55,176 nt of DNA from contig CAUYUJ010000180.1 in the NCBI GenBank assembly GCA_963575745.1, positions 62,001-117,176 of the forward strand. Reading direction: 5' to 3'. The position numbers and the translations under genes were made by a program. The stretch is from Prorocentrum cordatum (taxonomy: Eukaryota). A model generated the notes under the pieces. That model was not told the DNA's origin and did no database searches. It saw nothing but the letters and a program-made list of their open reading frames with translations. Every line of letters starts with the position of its first letter. Within the stretch, counting starts at the first letter, position 1. Below, piece by piece: positions 1 through 21,461 of this stretch.

Positions 1-965
1 CCCGCGCGCGCCCACAGAGGCCCCAGCCCGCAGAGGCCCCGAGCGCGCCCACGGAGGCCCCCGCGCGCTGCCCACCGAGGCCTCCGACACAGCCCACTGA
101 GGCCCCAAACGCGCCCACAGAGGCCTTAGCCCGAAGAGGCCCCAAGCGCGCCCACAGAGGCCCCGAGCGCTGCCCACTGAGGCTCCCGACGCAGCCTACA
201 GAGGCCCCAGCCCACAGAGGCCCCGAGCGCGCCCACAGAGCTCCCAGCGCGCTGCCCACTGAGGCCCCCCAATTCAGCCCACAGGGGCCCCAAGCGCGCC
301 CACAGAGACCCCAGCCCGCAGAGGCCCCGAGCGCGCTCACCCCTGCGCGCTGCCCATTGAGGCCCCCGACGCAGCCCACTGAGGCCCCAAACGCGCCCAC
401 AGAGTCCCCAGCCCGCAGAGGCCCCAAGCGCGCCCACAGAGGCTCCCCCGCGCTGTCCACTGAGGCTCCCGACGCAGCCCACAGAGGCCCCAGCCCACAG
501 AGGCCCCAAGCGCGCCCACAGAGGCCCCTCGACGCAGCCCACAGAGGCCCCAAGGGGCCTACAGAGGCCCCAGCCCGCAGAGGCCTCGAGCGCGCCCACA
601 GAGGCACCCGCGCGCTGCCCACTGAGGCCCCCGACGCAGCCCGCAGAGGCCCCAAACGCGCCCACAGAGGCCCCAGCCCGCAGAGGCCCCAAGCGCGCCC
701 ACAGAGGCCCCGGCGCGCTGTCCACTGATGTCCCCGATGCAGCCTACAGAGGTCCCAAGCGCGCCCGCAGAGGCCCCAGCGCGCTGCCCACTGAAGCCCC
801 CCGACACAGCCTACAGAGGCACCACGGGCGCCCACATAGTCCCCACTCGGCAGAGGCCCCAAGCGCGCCCGCAGAGGCCCCAGCGCGCTGCCCATTGAGG
901 CGCCCCCGACACAGCCCACAGAGGCCCCGAGCGCGCCCACAGAGGCCCCAGCCCGCAGAGGTCCC
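1..965. repeat. GC-rich degenerate satellite (core CCCACAGAGGCCCC with AGC/AAGCGCGC/GACGCAG spacers)
   Basis: Dozens of imperfect copies of cccacagaggcccc/cccgcagaggcccc; ORFs here are repetitive translations. Confidence 0.9.
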
Positions 966-1109
966 AGGAAAGGTGCTCTCGCATAAGACTTCTTCGCAAT
1001 TCAATCAAGTTCGCGGATGCCCAGCCGCGACGACGAGGCTCCCGCTCGATATTTCCTAGTGATCTGGGAGGCCCTGGCCAGAAAGGTTCCCGAACTCAGG
1101 AATAGCGCT

Positions 1110-1400
1110 CTCGTTGTGGACATCCTCGCAACTCATTCAAACTAGTGGGGACGCAGCCGCGATGACAAGGGCTACCGCTCGATGCTTCCTCGCGATTTGC
1201 TCCGAGAGGCCCTCTCGCGTGGTCCATCCTTTTCTTCCCCCGTCCGTCCTCCCTTCCCCTGTTTTAGGGGTTGCGCTAAATGTGCGCGGCAGGTTAGGAA
1301 GATATGCCCCCGAGGGGGTACGGTCGAAAACCAAGAGGGCGGGTAACGAGGGCTTGGGATATACGTGATGCGTGGCACGCGACCAAATAAGAACAAACAG
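1110..1400 (+). repeat. Dispersed repeat family A, diverged partial copy
   Basis: gcaggttaggaagatatgcccccgagggggtacggtcgaa...gagggcttggga matches the 3' block of the copies at 2350-2870 and 3350-3995. Confidence 0.6.
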
Positions 1401-2349
1401 TCTTCATTTGATTGTTGAAGTTATTACTTCTAAAGAATAATTATTGTTGGGCCCCCTGGTGCACGCCCCCCTCGCCGCGCCTAGGCCGCAGCCACATTTT
1501 CATCACTTTCGTGAGGAAGTCTCAGGCAAAACGGGGGAGTCCGGATCCGGTTGTTTTGTTGACGCCCGCTTTCCTTGTCAAAAAAACAATATAAAATGAC
1601 ATGCCTTGTTCTAACATAACCAAACTTCAAGAATCCTTTGCAACAAATGACACGAAGTGCACACTCGCGCGCGCAAGATGAAATCCTTCCAAAACCTTAG
1701 TTTTCGTAGCGATTTTAACATAAAAACATGAAAAACCCAATGGTTTCCAAAAAAAAAGTTTCAAACATTCATCCCGCGCGCTCTTGCGGATTTCTTAGGA
1801 AACCCGATACTTTTTCAACATTTCTGTCAAACGGACTCTTGCGAGCAACTTTTTCACGTGCTTCGAACTTCTGCAACAACGGTTGCGCGCCTGCCAGGGC
1901 CATCATCCCTGTCAAATAATACCATATGGGACACATTCGTTTTTTCTTCGCGCGCGCACGCCGAAATCTTCAATTGCAGGGGGAAAAGTCGTATACTAAG
2001 CTAGCTTACAGAAAATGTTACCACAACAAGTCATTGTACCCATGCGCCAGTGTAGTAGCCAAGGTCGTCCGCAGGCCACGAAGTGAGGTGTCCGAACGTC
2101 ATAGGGCGGGAAGCTGGGTGTGGGTGGTGGCGAAGAGTCGTTTGGAAATGTGGTAGAGCTTGAACCGGCCCCCCCACAAAGTGGGGGTATTGCCCGCCTC
2201 CTATGAAAACCCTGGCACTGGTGAGAACGGAGTGTCCCCACGTGCTAGTAATTGTTGTTGTTGTTGTTGCTCAGTTTTCATTTCTAAAGGTTGATTCTTG
2301 TCGATCCCCCTTCTCCGGGTAATCCTTGAATTTTCTATCAGACTGCTTC

Positions 2350-2870
2350 TCTCGGGGCTCGCATTTTTTTTCCTACAAGGGAAAGTGAGGTGTCACCAAA
2401 ATGTGCCCCTGGCCCCCAGTTTACAACAACAACGGCTCCCGCCTGATACGTCCTCACAACTTATTTCAAAATCGCGCTTTCGTGGGACGTCCTCACAATT
2501 TACACAGCAGTCGCGCTCTCGCGTGGGGTTTCATCGCAATTTATTCAGACGTCGCGCCCGCGACACTCATGAATCACGCTATCGCTGTGGATTTCTTCAC
2601 GATTTGTTTGGGAGTCGCGCCATCGATCGAGACGTCCTCGGGATTCATGCAGGACGCACGCTTCAGCAATCCGCCTGCCCCTTGTTCCTTCCTTCCATCC
2701 GTCCTCTTTTTTCTTGCCTTAGGGGCTGCACGAATTACACGTTGCAGGTAAGAAAGATATACCCCTACTGGGGGTACGATCGAAGACGAATATGGCTGGG
2801 ATCGAGGGCTTGGGATGTTCGTGTTAAATGGCACGTGAGCAGTTAAGAGCGAACGATCTTAAACGTGATT
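2350..2870 (+). repeat. Dispersed repeat family A, copy followed by (AGT)n
   Basis: Colinear with 3350-3995: cggggctcgca; tttacaacaac..cgg.tcccgcctgatac; tcgagacgtcctcg; ggtaagaaagatatacccct..gggggtacgatcgaagacgaa. Confidence 0.8.
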
Positions 2871-2871
2871 G

Positions 2872-2893
2872 CAGCAGTAGTAGCAGCAGCAGT

Positions 2894-2989
<96 letters not shown>

Positions 2990-3000
2990 ATGGCAGTAGC

Positions 3001-3066
<66 letters not shown>

Positions 3067-3087
3067 TGTAGTAGTAGTAGTAGTAGT

Positions 3088-3177
<90 letters not shown>

Positions 3178-3188
3178 TAGTAGTAGTG

Positions 3189-3225
<37 letters not shown>

Positions 3226-3270
3226 GAGTAGTAGTAGCAGTAGTAGCTGTTGTTGTTGTTGCTGCTGTAG
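2872..3270. repeat. (AGT)n microsatellite
   Basis: About 400 bp of near-pure agt triplets. Confidence 0.97.
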
Positions 3271-3349
3271 AACTTTCATGATTGAGGAATAAGTACTGTT
3301 GATCCTCCCCTCCAGGGCACATGGTGTTTTTTCAATTGAAGTGCCCTTC

Positions 3350-3995
3350 CCGGGGCTCGCACCTTGTTTTTTTATAGGGGGAAGTCTTGGGCCTTAGCAT
3401 TGGATTGCTGGTCCCCGATTTACAACAACAGCGGTTCCCGCCTGATACCTCGCAATTTATTCCCAAATCGCGCTCTCGCGCGGGACTTCCTCATAGTAAA
3501 TACAGGAATCGCTCTCTGGCGTGGGACTTCCTCACAGTTTACTCAGACGCCGCGCCCTCGACACTCAGGAATCACGCTCTCGCTGTGGATTCCATTGCGA
3601 TTCAGTGGGGAGTCGCGCTGTCGCTCGAGACGTCCTCGCGATTCATGCGGTAATCACGCTTCCGCAACCCGCCTGCTCGGTCTGGCCGTTGGGGCCAGCC
3701 TTCCAGACCCGACCGTTAGGGCCTCCCCGCCCGATCTGCCCGTCTGGTTATGCCAGGTGTTTTCTGCTCCTAGCCCCCCTCCTGGTATTCTCTCTCATGT
3801 TCTATCCTCCTCCCTCCTCCTCCCTTGTTTGCATACGTCCTCTCTTTCCCTGCCTTGGGGGCTGCACGCACGAAATACACGCTGCGGGTAAGAAAGATAT
3901 ACCCCTGATAGGGGGTACGATCGAAGACGAAGAGGACGAGTATCGACGGTTTTGGATATATGTGTTGAATGACATGCGAGCAGATAAGAGCGAAG
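3350..3995 (+). repeat. Dispersed repeat family A, copy followed by (TTG)n
   Basis: See 2350-2870; ends ...gagcagataagagcgaa then (gtt)n to about 4050. Confidence 0.8.
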
Positions 3996-4050
<55 letters not shown>

Positions 4051-4088
4051 CGCTGTTGAGTCTTAAGTCCTTAGCAGTTTTATCGTTG

Positions 4089-4565
4089 GACACCCTACAT
4101 CCGCCATGGCGCTCTCGCCTCGGCGCCGGCTGCGTTTCCTTCGAAAATTCGGCTCACGCTCAGGCGTTTCGGGGGGACCGCCGAAGCGCCCCCCATCAAC
4201 AACAATGCTCCCGCTCGATACTTCCTTTTTTTCTACTCGGGACCAGGGCTCTTGCTCGCCATCGAAAGCGGGCTTTCCAACGAAACCGGCGATCCCGCTC
4301 GATTCTTCTTCGCCTTTTACTCAGGACTGGCGATACTGCCTTGTCGCCGCAGACGGCCCCCCATGCAAACAACGACGCTAACGTTCGATACTGCTTCCGC
4401 ATTATTCCAGACTCCCCGAGGCCCTGGAGCTTCCCTGTCTCTGCTGAACCTTTATTCTGAAAAATTGTCATTGTTTGACACCCTGTATCCGCCATGGCGC
4501 TCTCGCCTGGGCGCCCGCTGCATTTCCTTTGGAAATTAGGCTCGCGCTGAGGCGTTTCGGGGTTG
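4089..4565 (+). repeat. ~85-bp direct repeat pair (about 4089-4177 and 4477-4563)
   Basis: gacaccct..atccgccatggcgctctcgcct.ggcgcc.gctgc.tttcctt.g.aaatt.ggctc.cgct.aggcgtttcgggg occurs twice. Confidence 0.8.
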
Positions 4566-5671
4566 TGCCGAAACGACCCATGTGAGTTTATATGCAGCTG
4601 CACGTAACTTATCCGCCTTTGGTCATCAGGTCGATGGGTGGTGTTTCACTGTGGCCCCCATCAGGTGACTGTGCAACCCTGGACATGTGGCCCAAGAGAT
4701 CGTAACCGCCGACAGGCGGTGCGACATAGCTTTGTAGTTCAGCGTCGACCTTTTGCTGTAAAACACAGCTCCGTACTCATGGCCATCGTTCCGTTAAATT
4801 AGCAGGAGGAGGAAGAGAAGGAGGAGGGAGGAGGCGGAGGAGGAAGAGTGTGAGAGGACGGGTGCAAGGAAGATGATCAATTATCAGGATCGGCGACACC
4901 CCAACATACTAATACTATGTATGCGTCGCCCCCCCCCCCCCCCCCCAGGGGCGACGCGCGCACCGAGAAATCTTACAGTATATGCGTCGTGGCAAGCGCT
5001 TTCTGGCCGTACCGCTCGGGAAACGATCTATTACAATATTGTTATATTATATGTTCGGGTCGGATGCACGCCTGCGAGGAGGACACATCGTACTAGTATT
5101 TCCCTGTGCGTCCCATCACGAGGATGGGGATGGCAGTGACGACGAGGGGAATACATCAAAACGGGTAGGGAGGATCTGGAGGAGGGGCAGAGGACAGGGC
5201 AGGGACCCAGCCCCCCGACGTGGGCCCCCAGATGTCTCGACTTTTCCCGGGACCGGCGTTTCGCCTCGAGTCGTGTCCAGGAGGTCTTGGGGCCCGGCAA
5301 GGGCAAGGGACCCCCCGGAGGGTAAAAAATGCTCGAATTTGTTGCAGTGCTTTTCGAACGACGCGGGGCAGGGGGCTTGGGGAGGAAGGAGGGGGAGTCG
5401 CGCGTGGCCTTGCGCACTTTTCTGCTTGTATATATTTGCTCTTCCAACTCCTGTTGTGCATGCGCTGCTCGTGTAATCACTGTGCGCTCACGCGCGGGCG
5501 TCCCTTTTTTTCAGCACGAGCGTGCAGACGCGGCGATCGCTTCGATCAGCGCTAGTGGAACGTAAAGACTGAGAAAGAAAGAAACTGCACAAGCATAACG
5601 GATCTCCGACAGTTTATGTTTATGCAGTTTTTCTTTTTTCCAGGTGTAACGTAAAGAGTAGGTTGTGGCAG

Positions 5672-5732
5672 GCAACACGGAGGTGTCGGCGAAGATGGTG
5701 CAGGTGCAGGAATTGATGGACGTGCTCTACAA
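5672..5732 (+). CDS. Isolated internal exon of a probable host gene (GNTEVSAKMVQVQELMDVLYK)
   Basis: ggcag|gc acceptor, aa|gc GC donor, GC3-rich codons; phase-compatible with exon 40154-40220. Confidence 0.6.
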
Positions 5733-5784
5733 GCGCCCGCCGCCTGGCCCCCGCTGCTCGGGTTTTCCCCTTTCGCTGCCGCTC

Positions 5785-5876
5785 GCCGCCGTTGTCGCCG
5801 TCGCCGTCGCCGTCGTTGTCGCCGTCGTCGCCGTCGTTACCGCCGTCGCCGTCGTCGTCGTCGTCGCCGTCGCCGT

Positions 5877-5914
<38 letters not shown>

Positions 5915-5918
5915 CCGT

Positions 5919-5975
<57 letters not shown>

Positions 5976-5977
5976 CT
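5785..5977. repeat. (GTC/GCC)n microsatellite
   Basis: gtcgccgtc... then pure (gtc)n. Confidence 0.95.
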
Positions 5978-6964
5978 CTATTCCTGCCGTCCTCCCAGAA
6001 AGCTCCTCATCCTCCTCCCTTGCCTCCCTCCCTTCCTCCCTCTTCTTCTCGTCCCATCCTGTGCGTGTGACGAGCCCTGCCGCGCGGGGTATGCCTGATG
6101 CTGCTGAGGAGGAGGATGAGGAGGAGGAGCAGGAGGAGGATAATCTTCTGGGTGACGATCGGACGAGGAGGTGGAGGAGGAGGAGAAAGATGATGATGAG
6201 GAGGAGGAATATGAGAAAGAGGATGTGGGTGATGAGGGGATCGGTGTGCCTGCTCGATTTTGGGACGGCCTCTTGCCGAACAAGGATATCAGGGCACGTA
6301 AATCGAGCGGGCTAATGGATGCATGCATCGGGCGCGCGAAGGCGATTTCGCCAAGCCCCTCAACGTGAGATCCCTATGGTCTTCGAACGGGCAGTATATA
6401 GCGGTGTGCTGTTGATACATGGGCAACGACTGCTTCGGCTGTAGACGCGATGGGCAGAATACATACGTAACAATGTCGTTGGGCATCACAGGATCGTCAT
6501 GAAAAAATGCCCTCACAGTATGATGAGACTATGGGGTCATTGTGCCTGCTGGGAAGTATCACAGCATCAATGCTATCACGTCTGAGGGGCAGGGAACTGC
6601 TTGCAACTGGATTACGACGAGCTGCGCGACACCAGTTGATGAGCAGACGGTGATTGGAACAACGGGACCACCGCCGTGGATGCGCGACTACGGATGCATG
6701 GCTTTATTTGGGGACGGACGGCACGGTCTGGAACGACGGTGCGCATGAGATGCGGTATGTCTAGTAGACCTCGTCTTATAGCCGCAGGCGGCCGTCCCGA
6801 TTTATGGGATGTCGTTGCGGGATGCAAAACGGCACGGTGCGGCGTTGTATGCTCCGGCTCGGAGGAGGGGGAGGTGCGGGGGAGGACGACAGTGAGGAGG
6901 AGGTGAGCCCGATGCTGTTGCTCCCGCTCCTCCTGCACCAGGCCCTAGTCAGGAGGGAAGCAAC

Positions 6965-7340
6965 ATGCACAGACACATATACAGACACAGACACAGACAC
7001 AGGCACAGAACACACACACATAAACGCACACACACATATACACAACACACAACACACAGCACACAACACACAACACATATCATCCACATATAATATACAG
7101 CACACAACACACAACACACAACATACAACACACAGCACACACACACACACCTATTACAATACACAGCACACAACACACAACACACAACACTCACACACCA
7201 CACAACACACAACACACCACACACAACACACAACACACACATACAACACACATAACACACAAGGCACGCAGCACACACAACACACACAACACACAACACA
7301 CAATATGCAATACACACACCCGCACAACACACAACACACA
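6965..7340. repeat. (CA)/(CACACAA)n low-complexity tract
   Basis: Direct reading. Confidence 0.9.
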
Positions 7341-8569
7341 TTAGCGTCGATTGCAAGGAACATCTGGGAACATATGGGAAGTGGAGGGGAGGACGATATT
7401 CCAGAACATATAGGGTAACTGGCGGGCCTTCATCATTGGCGTGTAATCGTCCTGCTTGCCACAGGCCTCGATCGCCACCTTTCCCCTTCGCGCAGATCGC
7501 GGGCAAGACCAGACGAAAGCTTTCGTCTTCCAGCCAGCCGACAATGTGAAGGCTAAGGCCAGGGACATCATGAAGACAAGAGCAGGCTCAGGATGGCTAC
7601 AACATCACCGGCTCGATCCTTGCCATCATTTTCCAGATATCAAATTATTGACGCACAGCTCTGTGACGTTTTTGGCCAGGATATCCTCGAATGCTTCTCT
7701 CAGAAGTTCGCGTTGAATCCAGAGAACGTTGATAGCCTCCTCAGTCACCCGTACTTGCCCGCCTTCGTGCTGATGATGGCCAAGGGCCAAGGGCGAAGGG
7801 CGAGGATCATGAGACATAGGCCCTCTCTGTTATCAGGCGCAGAGCTGTTCAGAAATTGCAGCAGCAGCAGCTTAGCTGCATCATTTGTGTGTTCAGCCGA
7901 GTTGTGTGCAATCGGTGACGATGATTCGACCTGTTGAATTTCTGATGCTTTTGGTCTGCCATCCAGCTGCCTCCGGCAAATCCGCCACCGTGCCAAGCAC
8001 CCCGGGGAGTTGGGGGGTTGCAGGTGACAGTCTGTGTCCCGCGGAGGGGGGGTCCCTTGAAGACTACGGAAACCCTGCCAGACAGCATTTGGCATTCTTC
8101 CACGACTCAACGCGCTGCATGCACGGTGGCGGATTGTATGCAGTAGTTGTCTCGTGGCGGACATCGCTTGCTATGAGGGGATCCAGCAGCGTCAATCAAA
8201 CACCGCCTTCCTCCTCCCCCTCGTCCTCCCTCGATGTTCACAGGATAGGGCATTCGACGGTTAAGACCTCCCCCCGCCCGATCTTGCTTGTCCAGCTCGA
8301 GCGCGGTGGAAATAGTATGCAAAGTACACGAACACTGGCTGAGGGGAAAACAGGAGTGGGCGATTGGTTGAACGGCCCCGATGAACCAGTTATCGGCCTC
8401 CACCCATGAAGCCCTACAAGAAACCAAAACAAAAAAACAATCAATTCATGAAATCCCAAAGCCTTCAAAGTCCTTCGGAGGAAAGAAAACATGAATACAT
8501 GAATTGCGCATACAGTAACACATGCTATTAATATACATATTTATACAAGTTTAGAGAAGCGAAAAAGGC

Positions 8570-8741
8570 TGGCCTTGAGAACTGGTTTTTGCGATTCCGA
8601 TGTGTTTCTATGGCGACTGGTGCATGTGGACCGTCGTGCGAAATACCTCTAGCGCTGCCCTAGCGAACCGCCGTGCAATCTACTCAAAGCGGGCTTTCCA
8701 AGCGCAGGCCTAGGGAAAACAAAAACCCGTTCTCAAGGCCA
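8570..8741. mobile_element. MITE-like element with 22-bp terminal inverted repeats
   Basis: tggccttgagaactggtttttg (8570-8591) vs caaaaacccgttctcaaggcca (8720-8741), 1 mismatch. Confidence 0.5.
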
Positions 8742-8849
8742 AGACTTGTCTTCGCAGGTGGCCGGCGCGCGCGCCGACCGGACCTTTCGGACGTCGCTAA
8801 TGCGACCGTATTAAAGGGAAATGCGTAAATACGCAGAAAGAGCTTACAC

Positions 8850-9160
8850 CTATATGTACATATATATATACACACATATATTTGCACATGTTCAACTGTA
8901 TATATACAAGTGTATACATATGTATATATTGGGCATGTGTGTACATACGTATATATATACATGCATATACACATACACACGCATAACGTGTGTACAACTG
9001 GCATTACTGACACACATATGCATGTATACGCGTTGTACGCACACGCTCCCATACAATATGTACACGCCCGCATAAATACACGTATGTATAATCATGCGTA
9101 TTATATATAGTCATACATGCATAATCATAGCAACACAGGCCACATGTGTATATATAGACG
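8850..9160. repeat. (TA/CA) low-complexity tract
   Basis: tatatacacacatat-type sequence. Confidence 0.85.
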
Positions 9161-10397
9161 GTTATTTATCAAACCAAACCGACTTGCACCCGCGTCTGTA
9201 TCCGAGCGTAGCGTTGGTCTGAATATCAGAGCGTAGCGTAGCGTAGCGTATATCAGCAATGATGATGTTAGCTCCTAGCGTACAGTTGGTTTGGTTTCAC
9301 GACGTGTCATGACTTTCCCTTTGTGCGTTTGAGTTTTTCGGTTCGGGTTCGTGTCGAGGTTCGCTGAAAGTTGCCTCCAGGGCGAGGTCTTCTCTCCCCA
9401 GCGTCGTCTTGTGATCCCCCCAGGGGCAAGGTCTTCTCCCTCTCTCAAGGGCGTGCCAGTGACTCGAGGGACTGTAATTTCAAGGCCATTCTGTCTCTCG
9501 TCTGACTGCTCTCCCCTCGTCTGCCTGCTCTCCCCTCGCTGCCTGCTCTCCCCTCGTCTGCCCGCTCTCCCCTCGCGGAGCGCGGGGCCATTTTGGCCCT
9601 GGGGCGCGCGCGCCCCGCGCGGCCCCGCGCGGCGTGAGGGCATGGCGGCATGGCCGACGAAGGCGGGGCAGGGGGGCCACGGCTGGCGGAGGAGCGAGGG
9701 GGCGTTGTGGAAGCCCCATTCCCTCATCCTCATCAGTTTCTTCTTCTTTTTCTTCTCCTCCTCCGCTTTCACCGCGTCGTCCTCCATGACCTCATGCTGC
9801 TGCTGCCGCCTTTTTTCGGGCTCCTCGGGCGCGCGTGGGGCCCGCTGGAAAACGATGTGCCAGCGAAAACTTCGGAGGAGGGGGGGAAGGGGGGGAGCAG
9901 GGGGCGAAGATAGCAGGGGTGGGCAGGGCAGGCTTCGCCGACGCCCTCGGCCTGGAGGCCGACCCCGGCGGCGCCGTCGGCGCCGTGGACCCCGCGCGCG
10001 GTGCCGAGGGCGCGGGGGCAGGGCGACGCCGACAGCGACGGCGACGACGCCGACTCTGACGGCTGTGGCCACCAGCGCGGCGACGGCGGCAGCGGAAATG
10101 GCGACATGCGACATGATACAGTCGGGGCCCTGAAGAAGGAACAGTTTTCGTTGGGGAGGGGCTCCACGCCCCTTAAGCGTTTCACAGTTTGCCTCGCGTT
10201 GTCCTTATGTTTTCGATTCCCCATCGACGGGGAATCGTCGATTCCCCGTCGATGGGGAACCGACGCTCGATCGCTTACTTAAGGTTCCTTGGGTCAACGC
10301 CCCGACTGCAATGAGTTGATGAGTGGGTGGGGCAGGGGGGAAGGATGCGACGATGGAGGAATGATGCGATGATGGAGGGAGGATGCGATGATGGAGG

Positions 10398-19881
<9,484 letters not shown>

Positions 19882-21020
19882 TTTAGTTTTTGTTGCTGTT
19901 TTGTAATGGGACAGGGTTGCTTGACGACGCATCCATCCAGGTCCATCCACCCGTGTGCTCGTGTAACATGACGTATTGTGACATGCCATGCCGCGTGCAT
20001 GCGCGCGTGCCACGCACCCGCTGTTGTGGTGAGAGGTCAAGCAACTCGCGATCCCCAGCCCGCCTCCATTGTTCTCCTGCCGCCAGCCGGTGCCTTGTGG
20101 AGAGCCATTGCCGTGCTTACTTTTACTTCATTGTTCGACGTCAGAGGTGATGTCAGAAAATGAAGGCATTCGAAAGCGCTGCGCGCAAGTCCGCCCCCTC
20201 TCGTTATCAGACTATCCCGTTCGCATTGTCTCATCCCGCATTCTCATTATGGTTTGCGTTTGGGCCTGGTCGAATGTACGCCCGTCTCAGCGTTAAGTAT
20301 CATATACAGTATGCGCAACATATGTGATACATCTGAAGTCGCGCACGCAGCTCGTAGTATGATGTAGCCTGCATATGATACCTAGCGCGCATTATTTTGT
20401 CATGTGCGTTACGCTCTGCTTGCATGGCGCTCGCAGTGGCATATTCCCTGGAGTGAACTTGACGATCCAGCACTTAACGTATTCGACGTGTCGCGTCGCG
20501 ACTCGGCCTCGACCCCGTCGGCGTTTTAAGTTCCAGGTGTTTGCCCTCGGTTCTACGAACACATGGGATGCACGACTCGTTGTTTTCGAGCAGTCGGGGC
20601 GCAAGTTTTGGGCTGTGAGAGCCCACTGTTTGGGGTCTACGCGGTTGCGTCGTCTGAGTTTCAGGCCGCCCAGCATTGACGTTGATTCTCGCATGGTCTC
20701 CCCTTCTCTTGTGACCCGCCGGCGGTTCAGGTTCATTTTGAGGCAGGCCGTTGGGGGGCTTCCACAGGCCAGTTGCCGTCCCCCTCGCGATTGCCTCGGC
20801 CAAGCTGGCGATCGCCGCCGTACCATGGATCGGGGGGGGGGAGGGGTTGCGGCTTGAGGTTGGAAGCAGTTTGATTGTTGCAGTTGCGCGCCCCGCTCAT
20901 GTTCGCACCCACCTCCTCATTGCTTCTGGCCCTCCTCCCCGTGCCATCTTAGATCACCATCGTCTTCAGCTTGGGCAGCGGCGGCGACGGCAGAGCAGGG
21001 GGCGGAGGAGGGGGGGGGCG

Positions 21021-21162
21021 AAAAAACGCGATTGGACAAAATCAGCGATTCGCGAACGTCGTCGCCTGGGGCGCGGGCGCGGTGCCTCCCTGGGGAAACC
21101 CGCGCCGCGCGCTCCATTTCTTGAATATCGCGAATCCTTGATTTTGTCCAACCACGTCTTTT
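21021..21162. mobile_element. MITE-like ~35-bp imperfect inverted repeat upstream of the methyltransferase gene
   Basis: aaaaaacgcgattggacaaaatcagcgattcgcga (21021-21055) vs tcgcgaatccttgattttgtccaaccacgtctttt (21128-21162). Confidence 0.5.
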
Positions 21163-21461
21163 AATTATTTGTCCGCCCCTTGCGGTCTCCAGCGCTTAAC
21201 CGAAGCGCCTCCCGAGGCGAGAGGGCCCGATGGGGGGGGGGGGGGGGGGGGCGCTCCCTCATCCGCCCCCGCCCCCCCCCCCCCCTCCCCGTTCTCAACT
21301 GCGCGCGCGGTGCGAAGCAGGCGACGCCCGTCCCCATGTCTTTCTTTAGCTCCGATGGCGGTACCTTCGCGTCGTCCACTTGGCACGCTCATCTAGCCAT
21401 CGCCGGCGCCACTTGTTTCCCCAGCGGGGCGCGACAGCGGGACCCCCCCTTTCACGCCATC

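Noticed and set aside
20375..20857. Overlapping 110-160-aa ORFs between transposase and methyltransferase
   Set aside because: No motifs or clear codon bias; probably spacer.
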